A stretch of 64,000 bases of DNA from Blastocladiella emersonii ATCC 22665 (lineage: Eukaryota > Fungi > Blastocladiomycota): contig JANHCV010000001.1 of NCBI GenBank assembly GCA_025594325.1, positions 1,240,001 to 1,304,000 of the forward strand, in the 5' to 3' direction. The notes below the pieces were generated by a model. The model worked only from the letters and a program-made list of their open reading frames with translations, ran no database searches and was not told the origin of the DNA. Numbering within the stretch: the stretch's first letter is position 1; each line of letters begins with the position of its first letter. Shown piece by piece: positions 34,613 to 47,182 of the stretch. Both the position numbers and the translations under genes were made by a program.

Positions 34613-37308
34613 ATGGATCATCACAACGCATCGAACCACGCCCCTGCCGAAGCGGCCGGCGGCGCCAAGAAGAAGACAACGAAGCGCGTGCGCTCCGACT
34701 CGCTGCACGCCGAGACGGAGCGGGCGCGCGGCGCGAGCAAGAAGAAGCAGGGTGCGCTGGTGTCCCTCCGGCCTGCTGTCATCGCTCGCGCGCTCACGGA
34801 CAGACCCGAGTGTAGAGTCGCGCCCGGCACCACCACCACCCGTCCCGCGCATCACCGCTGCCGCTGTTGCCGTTGCGCGCGACGGCATCGCCGCGCAAGC
34901 CGCTGTCGCGGGCGTCGTGCCGAGCCCGGACCTGCACCGTCTCCGGTCGCTCGCTATCGGCACGCCGCCGTCGACCCCCGCCACCGCGCGGACCGGAGCC
35001 GCTGCGGCGGCAGGAGCAGTGGCAGCGGTGCCCGTCGAGAACGCATGGACGGCGCGCGCATCTGCCGCATCGTCGCAGCAGCAGCAGCGGCAACAGCAGC
35101 TGCCGCCACCACCCGCGGCGCCCGCGGCGCAGACCAGGGCGACGCCGCAGCAGCAGCAGCGCTCGGTCGGGCCGCTCGGCGGGCGCCGTCGCTCGACCGC
35201 GTCGGCCGCAGCCGCCAAACCTCCTGCAGCGCCCAACGCGACCCCGGCCAAGTCGGCCGCGGCCCCGCTCGCGTCGCCCAGCTCGCTGATCACGCTCAAG
35301 AAGGCGCCTGCTACGCGGGTACGCTTCCACGCCGTGCACCCGGCACGAACCCCGTCCTGACTCCCCCCAAAACATGTAGCCCGCCTTCAAGTTCAACCTC
35401 GCCGACCTGACCAAGCCGCTGCGCGTCGAGGACCTGCGCGACCTGGTCCTGTGGTGCCTGCACGACGAGGGGACCAATCCGCGCCACCTGCTGGTGCAGA
35501 ACCGCCACCACATTGCCAAGGTGGTCGTGACCTACATCCCGCGCCTCGACCCGGACCTGCTCGTCGCCACGCTGTCCAAGTCGGACCCGCCGACCGCGCC
35601 CGTCGAGCTCCCGCCGTCGCGCCGCGCGCGCGCGCACCTGCCGTGTCCCGCCGCAGACCTCGCGCACCTCGTCACCCCCGCGCCCGCCGACCTCCACCCG
35701 CCGCTCGCCCCGCTCGCCAACATCTTCCCGTACCTGTTCCCGACGCGCATGGAGGGCGACCGCAACCGCGTCGTCAACCCCGTCCTCACCTTCCTCGCGG
35801 TCCCGCCGACCGAGGCCGAGAAGCGCGCCCAGAAGCAGGCCCGCGCGCAGCAGGCCGCCGCCGCGCTCGCCGCCAAGGATGGCGACAAACCCGCGTTCTC
35901 GGTCGCCCCGCTCATCCTGACCCCGCGCGACCTCGCCGTCCACGGGTACCCGCCGCACCCGGCGTGGGCCGAGGCGGCGGGTGGTGCTGATGCCGCGGCG
36001 ACGGCGCTGCCCGCGGGGTACCTCGCGAGCGACGTGCCGTCGGCGGACCCGCTGCCGGACCCCGTGCACCGCGTGCTGCTCGCCATCGACTGCGAGATGT
36101 GCGACACCGAGGACGGGTCGGAGCTGACGCGCATCAGCGTCGTGACCGAGTCGGGCGACGCGATCCTCGATGAGCTCGTCGTCCCGCGCAAGCCGATCCT
36201 CGACTACAAGACGCGGTACTCGGGCATCACGCCCGCCATGCTCGACGGCGTCACCACCTCGCTCGAGGACATCCAGCGCCGTCTCCTGCCGCTGCTCACC
36301 CGCAACACGATCCTCATCGGGCACAGCCTCGAAAACGACCTGCGCGCGCTCCGCATCGCACACCCGTTCGTCATCGATACCGCCGTGTGCTACTCGCACC
36401 CGCTCGCCCCTGCCGGCAACGGCGGCGCGGCGAACGCGCCCGGCGGCATCATGCGCAAGCCGTCGCTCAAGCTCCTCGCGTCGACCTTCCTGCAGCGCGA
36501 GATCCAGACGCGCAACGGGCACTCGTCGTCGTCGTCGTCATCGACCCCGGTCCCGCCGTCCGACGACGCCAACCCGAACGCGCGCCCGCGCAGCACCACG
36601 CCCAGCGTCATCGCGCACCCGGACGGCCACTGCAGCGTCGAGGACGCGCTCGCGTGCATGGACCTGGTGCGGCTCAAGGCGGCGCGCGGGCCCGACTTCG
36701 GCGTGACGGCCGCGCAGGACTCGCTGCTCGACCGCCTGCGCACGGGGTCGCGCCCGCGCACGTCGGCGTGGTGCGATAACGCGCGGTCGTGCGCGCGCGA
36801 GGGCGCCGCCGCCGACCACCAGTACGTCGCGTACACGGACGACGACGTGGTCCGCAGCGTGCGCCACGCCGTCGCCAACACGGACGCGGCGTTTGTCTGG
36901 AGCCGACTGCTCGATGTCGAGCGCCATTTCTCGGCCAGCAACAATGCTAGGAACGGGCGGCCGCCCACGCCGTCGGGCGGGGCACCCCCGCCACCTGAGG
37001 CCGCAGCGGCGTCAAATGATGGGCCCGTGGCCGAAGATCTCGACCCGATCCTCGCGCGGACCGCGGCGCGCGTCAAGGACATGTGGGAGTCGCTCCCGCC
37101 GGGCGCCGTGTTCCTCGTGTTCTCGGGCAACGGCGACCCGACCGAGATGAACCGGCACCAGGCCGAGCGGCGCGCGGCCAAGGCCGACGGCGGTGGCGGA
37201 CGACGCGACGAGGACGAGGACGAGGGCCGCGCGCGGCAAGAGGAGTGGTGGCGCGCCGTGGCGCTGGCCAAGTCGGGCTGCGCCATGTTCGCAGTCCGCG
37301 AGTGGTGA
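34613..37308 (+). CDS. REX1: DEDDh 3'-5' exoribonuclease, REX1/RNH70-REXO1 family, 2 introns near the 5' end
   Basis: LAIDCEM, ILDYKTRYSGIT, ILIGHSLENDLRAL, DTA, HCSVEDALAC. Confidence 0.88.
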
Positions 37309-37403
37309 ACCAATAACAACAGCAGTGCCAAAACGATGATACAACAAGAGACCCAGTGTATGTGATGGAATGGAATAAATATGATACAGAGAGCGAGGGA
37401 GGT

Positions 37404-38510
<1,107 letters not shown>

Positions 38511-39233
38511 TCACCTGACGCGTCGCCCGGGGGAAATTCTTTTGGGATTCCTCCCCGCACCTGCCTGAAACGGTGCCCCACCGCGTCGGGCTAAGCCACC
38601 GCCGCCGCCGCCGCCCTCTGTCGCAGAGATCCCTGCACGAAGTAGCACACCGCACACCTTGGCGACGCCGCTACGCCATGATCACGGACGTCGTCGTCGT
38701 GATCGACGCGGGCTCGCAGTTGCTAGAGAGGACGGCGGCCGGGGATCTGATCCGCAGGCAGCGTTCGCAGCAGGCGGGGCAGCGGTGAGCGCCGCGAGTC
38801 ACCACCCCTCAAACTTGCAAACGATCGCTGCATCGAAGCACTATGTGATCCTGCGCCGACCAATGAGCTTCCCTCGTTGCAAACCTGGTGAGGAGTAATC
38901 TCGGCGACACAACGGCGACCGGGGGCCACAGTCGCCTTGGCCGTGGTCGTCGAGCGATCATCGGTGTCCATGCGGCGGCCGGGGTTGCGACGGTCGGCAA
39001 GCCGCGCTGGGGGAGGCGGGCGAGCCGGGCCGTTGGGCGACTACAAAAGGCCGGCGCTCCCTCCCGTACCCCCCGCTCTCCCCGACTCTTAGGCCTCGCC
39101 GTACTCCATGCAGCTCGAAGACCTCCTCCCCGCCCGCTGTACCTCGTGGCGCCAGGCTCTCCTCCGCGCTCTCCCCGCCCTCGCCTCGCACCCGCAGACG
39201 CCCTCGCCGCTCCTCTTCCCGCGCTCCCGCAAC

Positions 39234-40494
39234 ATGGCCAACCCCAAGACCAAGGTCATCTTCGACACGGACGTCGGCGTCGACGACGCCGTCGCCCTGC
39301 TCTCGCTCCTCAAGTCGCGCAACTGCGAGGTCCAGGCCATCACCACCGTCGACGGCAACGCCTCGCTGCAGAACGTCACCGAGAACGTGCGCACGCTCCT
39401 CTCGGTCGAGTACGAGAAGTTTGGCCACATCCCGCTGTTCGCCGGCGCCAAGGGGCCGATCGTGCAGCCCGAGGGCTTCAAGAAATATTTTTGGGACGGG
39501 CATGGACCAGGCGCGCTTCATTTTCTTGTTTACAGCGCGTAGGGACGATATCTGACCCGGGAAGAGCGATCTGTAGACGGTATGGGCGGTGGCCGCGCCC
39601 CGTACACGACCGAGCTCGCCGACAAGATCGCCAAGGTCCAGGTCCAGGACGAGCACGCCGCCATGGCCATGATCCGCATGTGCAAGGCCACCCGCGGCAT
39701 GACCATCATCGCCGTCGGCCCGCTCACCAACGTGGCCCTCGCCATCCGCCTCGACCCCGACTTCCTCTCGTACATTGACCGCCTCTACGTCATGGGCGGC
39801 TCGCTCCTCGCCAAGGGCAACGCCTCGCGCACTGGTACGCTCTCGCTGCGGTTCCGTCAACGAAAGCGCCGAAACTGACCATCTCGACCCGCCCGTCCCA
39901 CTAGCCGAGTTCAACTTCGCCTGCGACCCCGAGGCCGCGCAGATCGTCTTCACGTCGTCGACCAAGCACTCGATCGACCAGGCCAACCCCAAGGTGGTGC
40001 TGGCGACGTGGGAGCTGTGCCTCGAGAACGCCTTCGAGTGGGACCTGATCGACGAGCTGTGCGCGCGGCGCGCCGCGGCGTCCTCGCCGTGGCCGCAGTT
40101 CCTGCACCGCATCACGGGCTCGCTGCGGTCCATCTTCCGGTCCGAGAAGCACATGGCGGCGATCGCGCAGGCCAACGGCGTCAAGCCGCCGCGCCACGAC
40201 GTGCACGTCCCGGACTTCCGCGTCGGGCGCCTCGACACGACCGAGTCGCACTACGTGGCCATCTGCGACTCGTGCGCCACGTTCCCGCTCACGATCCCCG
40301 AGGCAGTCGAGCGGTCCGTGCCCCTGCACGTCGAGATCGAGCTGTCGGGCGCCCAGACCCGCGGCATGATGTGCCTCCAGTGGGCCGAGTGCGCCGACGA
40401 GCGCAAGCTCGCCAACAACTGCACCATCATCACCCACCTCAACCACGACGTGCTCGTCGCCGAGCTCAAGCGTATCTTCTCCGACGACGCCTAA
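39234..40494 (+). CDS. Inosine/uridine-preferring nucleoside hydrolase, 2 introns (the first is GC-AG); possible upstream in-frame ATG at 39108
   Basis: DTDVGVDDA, TTVDGN, spliced HGPDGMG, VGPLTNVALA, MGG...GN, AEFNFACDPEAA, ICDS. Confidence 0.92.
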
Positions 40495-40714
40495 GTGTTC
40501 GTTCTCCTCGGTCGGTTGTGCGGCGTGTGAATCCTCCACTGGGGACGGCGTGACGCGGGTGGACCGCGAGTGCCTGCCTCCCCTACCTATTGTCCATATC
40601 ATACACCTTAGTAGTAGCCAGCACCAGCTAGTTCTTAAACGAGAGACGCGAGAGTAGAGAACTAAGAGATGACTATTAAGAATATCTACACACGCTTCAG
40701 GGTGCGCGAGCCGC

Positions 40715-42665
40715 CTAGCTCTCGGCCATGGCCACGTCGCCGTCCGCGTCCGTTTTCGCGCCCTTCTTCTTGTTCTGCTTCTTCTGCTTCGTGGCCTTGG
40801 ACTTGGGCTTGTCAGCGGCCGACGACGAAGCGCCCTCGCCGGCCTCGGCGGCGGCGGCGCGCTGCTTGGCCTCGCGGTGCTCGCGCATCTCGCGCTTGGC
40901 GAGCTTGCGCTGGCGGCGCTCCTCCTTGAGGTCCATCTTGGACATGGTCGAGATGGTCGGGCGGGCGGGGGCGACGCGCTTGAGCTGCTTGCGGGTCTTC
41001 TGGTCGGCCTTCTTGAGGGTGAGCATCCACTCGGGGACGTCGCACCCGGACTCCTTGACGACGTTGACAATGGAGCGCAGGTACCCCGCGTCGTCCTTGG
41101 TGAAGTAGGTGATGGCCTTGCCGCGGCGGCCGGCACGACCGGTACGACCGATGCGGTGGATGTACGACTCGGTCGAGGTCGGGAAGTCGTAGTTGACGAC
41201 GGTCTGGACCACCATGTCGATACCGCGGGCGAGCACGTCGGTCGCGATCAGGATCCACAGGTGGCCGAGGCGGAACTGCTCGATGATGCGGTCGCGCTGC
41301 GCCTGCGTGCGGTCGGCGTGGATCACGTCCACGTTCATGCCGTCGTACACGAGCTCGCGGAACAGCTCCTTGGCGCGGTCAATCGACTGCACGAAGATCA
41401 GCACCGGCGGCTTCAGCTCGCCCGTGCGCAGGTGCTGCCGGATCGACATGAGCTTGCCCGACTCGTCGCCGACGTAGACGAGCGACTGGTCGATGGTCGA
41501 CGAACCCGTGTTCTTGACGCCGATCAGGACGCGCAGCACGTCGTCGCGCATCACCGTCTTGGCGAGCGTCTCGATGGTGCTCGACAGCGTGGCCGAGAAC
41601 ATGCACGTCTGGCGCTTGGTCGGGCACGCGGCGAGGATCTCGTCGGCCTGCTCGAGGAAGCCGAGGTCGAGGAGGCGGTCGGCCTCGTCGAACACAAGGT
41701 GCTGGATCGTGTTGAGCTTGATCTTGCCCTCCTGCAGCGCCTGGACGAGGCGCATGGGCGTCGAGATGAGGATGTCGGTCTTGGCCTGCTGCGCCGGGTC
41801 GATGGACAGGTTCGACGACTTGGTCAGCGTCAGCACGCGCCACTTCTTGGACACAAGCTTGCGCAGCTCGCGCTCGATCTGCAGCACCAGCTCGCGCGTC
41901 GGCGCGATGATACACACGCGCGCGCCCGTCTTGGCCGGCTTCTGCAGCTTGTGCAGGATCGGCAGCAGGTACGCCAGCGTCTTGCCGGACCCCGTCGGCG
42001 CGCACGCCAGCACGTCGCGGCCGTGCATGATGATGGGCGTCGACTGCATCTGGATCGGCGTCGGCGCCGTGTACCCGGCGGCACGCACGTTGGCCCGCAG
42101 GTAAGGCGCTACCTCGTACGTGTGGTACAGGTCGCCGAACGTCTGCACGGGCGCCGGCGCATCGTCGCCGTCGACCTTGATCCGGTTCGCGCGGCGGAAG
42201 GCGTGCATCGCCTCCTCGTCGGCGAACGGCTCGGCCGGCGGCTCCTCGTCCGCATCATCGGCGGCGGCCGCGGCGGGCGAGGACTCGTCCACTTCGGCCT
42301 CATCGTCGGAGCCGGCCTGCGCCTTGGCGGCCTGCTTCTTCTGCTTCTTCCCTCCGGCCTTGGGCTCGGGCTTCTTGGCCGAGGCGCCAAAGAAATCGAG
42401 CGAGCTCTCGTCGGCTTTGACGGCCTTGGTGGCGACCGGCTTGGCCTACACACACACATCGTCGACGACGATTCCATCGTCAGCATCCATCCATCATCGA
42501 TGGGCCCGCCCATCATCGCATCGCTGCAGGGACCACCGCGGCAGCGATGCGACGGAATGGCGGCGCAACTTGGTGCAACGGACTCACCTGGAACAGGTCG
42601 ACGTCGCCCTGGAACCGCTTGGTGTCGAACTTGGCGCCGCCCGTCAATACGCGGAAGATGTCCAT
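40715..42665 (-). CDS. ROK1: DEAD-box RNA helicase ROK1/DDX52, 1 intron
   Basis: MDIFRVLTGGAKFD N-terminus, APTGSGKT, PTREL, DEAD, SAT, HRIGRTGRAG, GCDVPEWML. Confidence 0.93.
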
Positions 42666-43232
42666 GGCGAGGGTGAGGTGTGTGCGCGGTCAATAGAAGG
42701 CACGTGCGCCGTCGCTTTGCGGGAGGACGAGCGGGCCCCAGCGGCAGCGGCCAGCCCAGCCGAGTGATGCAAGCCCCGCTGAAGCGAAATTCGGATTTCC
42801 CTTTTTTCAGCCTTACAGAGTCACGCGCGTGAGGCGGGCGCGTCGCCGTGCTCGTCCCTCCTCGGCCGCGGCCGCCGCGACGCCACGGTTCCCGCTCCCC
42901 TCCCCCTTCTCTCTGTCTAGCGTGAGAAAAGAGCAAAGGAGACAAAGAGGACGCGTGCTCGCCCTCACACTCTACCATGTATGCAACCTTCGACTTCCAT
43001 GCAGCACCATGAACTCGCTCGGATCCGCGGTGCAAGGCTGACCACTGCGGGATCCGCTTCCTCGGCGTAGATACGCTCCTCCTCTCGCCGCTGCCCGGCT
43101 GCCGTGACGGTTGCGCGTTGCCCACTCGACACATGTACGTGTCGCCGCCGACGCCACCACCCGCGCGAGCGAGCGCTCATCGCCGTGCCCCGCTGCTCTA
43201 GCTAGCACACCTGCTTCTTCACGATCACCACC

Positions 43233-43829
43233 ATGGACTCGGTCACGCGCTTCATCCTCGACCCGGCCAACCGCGACCTGCTCGCGCTGGTCAAGGGCTT
43301 CCGCAATGGCATCGTCTACGGCGCCAAGGTGCGGTTCCCGCACGCGCTGGTCATGACGTTCCTGTTCCGCGACGGCAGCCTGCGCAGCAAGTTCAAGTTC
43401 ATCTTCGACGCGACGCGCCAGCACTCGTGGAACCTCGGCCGCTTCGTACTCATCTACAAGACGCTGCTGCTCGCGCTGCGCCGCGCCCGCGGCGGCAAGG
43501 AGTCGACCGCCGACGCCTTCCTCGCCGGCACCGTTGGCGGGTACCTCATCTTTGGCGCCAACAACAACATCAACCAGCAGATCGTCCTCTACCTCTTCTC
43601 GCGCATCATGATCGGCATGGCCAAGTACGCCGTCAAGGCCGAGATCGTGCCCTCGCCTGAGCAGGACGTGTTCCCCGCCTTTGCCGCCGTCGTCTGGGGC
43701 ATCGTCATGTGGCTGTTCCGCCACCACCGCGACACGCTCCAGTCGTCGCTCCAGGCGTCCATGCAGTACCTCTACAACGACTCGGACGTCTGGAAGTCGC
43801 TCAAGACCCTCCTGTGGCACAACAAGTAA
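43233..43829 (+). CDS. PXMP4: Peroxisomal membrane protein 4 (Tim17 family), single exon
   Basis: GFRNGIVYGAKVRFPHALVMTFLF, HSWNLGRFV, INQQIVLYLFSR, LQSSLQASMQYLYNDSD. Confidence 0.93.
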   Translation: MDSVTRFILDPANRDLLALVKGFRNGIVYGAKVRFPHALVMTFLFRDGSLRSKFKFIFDATRQHSWNLGRFVLIYKTLLLALRRARGGKESTADAFLAGTVGGYLIFGANNNINQQIVLYLFSRIMIGMAKYAVKAEIVPSPEQDVFPAFAAVVWGIVMWLFRHHRDTLQSSLQASMQYLYNDSDVWKSLKTLLWHNK

Positions 43830-45309
43830 CTGGCGGTGTCGGCGCGTGTGGTAGTACCGGATTGGGAATGAAATACCATCAATTTGACCTAGATCCACGT
43901 CTCGCACTTGGTGATCGCGGTGCCCGCGTTCGGTCGCGCGACTGAGCACACGAACTGGCTTGCTGGCGGCCGCACAGGGTTCACGTCCGCCATGGCGGTG
44001 CGGTGGTCACGGCCTTTGATCCTGCCCTAGGGAGCCCACATCGCACGACCAACAGAAGTCGCAGGACATCGTCGAGAACTAGAAGTCGCCAGGAGACTCG
44101 CGAGCAAGTCGCCCTGCGTCGATACATCCACTCCATGTTACACCGAGGCTCTTATCGGTGTCTTACACGGACACTTGTATTGACGGTCGGACAGAGTCCG
44201 CGCCCGCCGTGATGACACTGGCGGTCACGGCCGTGAACTGCACCAACTCATGGATGCGGATCCCACATCAGCTCGTCCATCAACCCGGGTCACCGTCCAG
44301 AACAGGGCCAAAGTAGCAACGTAGACACGATCGTGTCAAACGAGAATGAATGAGGGCTGACTGAGAGAGCAGCGTGAACACCAGGACGGCGAGGCCGCGC
44401 TCCTAATTTGTTCCCTCGTAAATCTTGCGCGCCTGAATGAGTTTCGTCGGGGTGGCGATCCAGTGACGGATGCTAAGGTGCCGCGGAGGGCTTCCCGTGA
44501 ACCAAATAAACGCGCATGAGCAACACAGAAACAGCAATGGTGGACGAGGTGGAGGGAGAGAGAGTTGCTCAGGACCGAAGTTATCGCCAGCGAGTGGTAC
44601 GACAATGTAGATAAGGTTGTTTTCGTTTGTTGGTCATCACGGCGAACTCGTCGAGGGAGAGCATTAGCTAGCAACGCATGACCGTGGCCGCGGCGGCCAG
44701 GGTCGTCGATCGAGGGGGAGGAACAGGTGAGGGAGCGGTCGTGAAGCGGATCGGAGGGCGGACCAGGGCGGAAAGTTGGGTGAGGGCATCGTGTAGTCGG
44801 ACGCGGGCGAAGCAGGTCGGGTGAGGTTGAGGTTAAGGGAAGGCAGGGGGGAGACTGGTGGATGATCGTGGTCGTGGGGGAGGGCGGGACTCGCGGCATG
44901 CGCAGGGACGAAGGATGTTGAGCATGACCTCGAGAACAGGCGTGGGGAGGGCGGGAACGAGGGGGTGTCGAGGGTAGGTGTGGGTTGGGCAGGGTGCCGT
45001 AACGATTGAGTTGATCCATGTGTCGTTTTCATGCGTCGTCAGCATCATCGCAGAAGAGCGATCAAGGTCATTTGAAATACGCAGAGTGGATTAGGTTTTG
45101 ATCTCGGCGAGGTCGCGAGGCGAAAAGCGGAAGGGCGGCGGTGATCACGTTGGCCGTTTCCAGGCGACCCCGCCGCACGTGGCGTCACCCGATGTCTCAC
45201 TGTGGCGCGGCTCGCGACGCGTCTCGCCGCCCGCTGCAACTTTTGCTCGCAAACTCCTTCTTGTGAGGAACCGCAACCATCCACCAGTCCATGAATCACA
45301 CTCGCCACC

Positions 45310-47060
45310 ATGTCGACGTGGCGCACCTCACGGCTCGACCGTGATCGCGAGTATCGCAAAATCAACTTCTCGTCCGACATCAATGACTACGAGGTCCAGG
45401 AGCCCATATGCGGCGTCGACGATATGTCGTACCTATACCTCGCGATCCACAAGCCGTCCGGCCGCAAGGTCGCGATGAAGTTCACCGACTTGAAGATCTC
45501 GCGCGAGATGGCGCTGCTTGACGAGCTCACGGTCCGTTTGAGTGCTTCGCCACAGCTTTCGTTCTCCCGAGCTGATCTTGATGCACATCGTAGACGGTTG
45601 CAGTCAACACGATGCGGTATCAGCACGAGTCGCTGCTGCCCTACTTCAACACGTTTGTCAACGACGAGAACCTGTGGAGCGTCACTCTCCCCATGAAAGC
45701 TGGTTCGTATGTTAGCTAGCTCCTAGCCGTACCGATCCCTGCTGACGGAAAACCGTACAGGAAGCTGCCGAAACATTCTCGACGAGTGCTTCCCTAACGG
45801 CTTCTCCGAGACGGTCGTCGCGACCATGCTCAAGTACATTCTCCGCGGCCTCGACTACCTCCACGATCAAGGTGTCATCCACAAGTACGTATCGTTTGCT
45901 CCTGCACGACGTGAATCAGTGAAGTCTTCTCACGAACTAACGGCTCTCCCTTGTAGCGACATTCGAGCAGAAAACGTGCTCGTAGCCTTTGACGGCGACG
46001 TGCGCCTTGTCGGCCTGCACCAGGTCACCAACCTGGCCGAGGCGCGACCGGCTGCCTTCGACTACGTCGGGCTGCCCGAGTGGATGGCCCCCGAGCTCTT
46101 CGAGCAGCAGATCTCGTTCGACCCGCGCTCTGATATCTACAGCCTCGGGATCACGGCCATCGAGCTCGCGTGCGGCCGCACGCCGTACCACGAGTGGCCC
46201 GCGCTCAAGGTACGCGCTCGAGTCCATCGTTCACTGTGCGGATCGTGCGCTCACCGTCCCTGTCACAGATCATGGTCGCAAAGCTCAAGTACCTCCCGCC
46301 CATCTTCGAGTCCGAAATCAACAGCGGCAAGCGCAAGCCGTACTCAAAGCACTTCTTCTCGTTCGTGCGCGCGTGCCTCGAGCGCGACCCGAACGCGCGG
46401 CCGCACGCCCACGAGCTGCTCAAGCACCCGCTGCTCAAGTCGGCCCAGGGCGCGAGCTACCTCGTCAAGCGCCTCGTCAAGGGCACCAAGCTCAAGGACA
46501 AGTTCCGTACGTACCAGGTCCGTGATCACCGGACCTCGCACTTCGCTCACTGCTCTGAACCGCGCGTAGTCGACGACAAGAAGAAACGCGGTGCCCGCAC
46601 GCCGACCGCGTCGCCACCCAAGACCCCGACGAAACCGAGCTCGCCCTCGACCGCCGCCCCCGGCGGGAGCAGCGCGAAGCTGAGCAGCGGCGCACCGCCG
46701 ACGGCGTGGGGCGAGTCGGCAAACCACCTCTCGCGGATCGCGTCCGAGAGCTCGGCCACCAACTCGGCGTCCACCTCGGTCTGCCCGTCCGCCATCAGCT
46801 CGTCGACGGCGCTGCACCTGCCGTCGGCGGCCGCGAACGGGAGCCGCGCGGGCTCGCCGCTCTCGTACCTCACAGCCTCCAGCATCTCGAACGTGTCCGA
46901 GGCGTCGTCCATGGCCTCAGGCTCGAGTATCGGCGGCAGCGCAAGCGAGACGCGGCGGCCGTCGCTCGCGCCATCGCACATCAGTCGCAGCAGCTACCTC
47001 TCGACGGATCCGCAGGAGGACCTCGGCGAGGAAGAGGAGCTCGAGGTGCAGGAGCTCTGA
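45310..47060 (+). CDS. STE20-related pseudokinase, STRAD-like, ~5 introns
   Basis: Kinase fold (VAMK, WMAPE, SDIYSLGITAIELACG) with no Gly-rich loop, HRD->HND (IHNDIRAEN, across an intron) and DFG->GLH. Confidence 0.78.
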
Positions 47061-47182
47061 CGATGGAGTGGCGCAAGAACGAAGAATACACGACACTTTT
47101 TCGCACGAAGCGACTGGAGGTGAAGAAAGGCGAGGATCAAAACTAATCATCGTGTATTCAGATGAGCTAGCGTCACGGCACG

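Noticed and set aside
44209-44360. Possible C/D snoRNA (GTGATGA ... CTGA)
   Set aside because: The boxes are ~150 nt apart, with no terminal stem and no rRNA-complementary guide recognised.
44336-45019. 227-aa minus-strand ORF in the PXMP4-STRAD gap
   Set aside because: It lacks the genome's codon bias and any motif; it is a pyrimidine-rich low-complexity translation.
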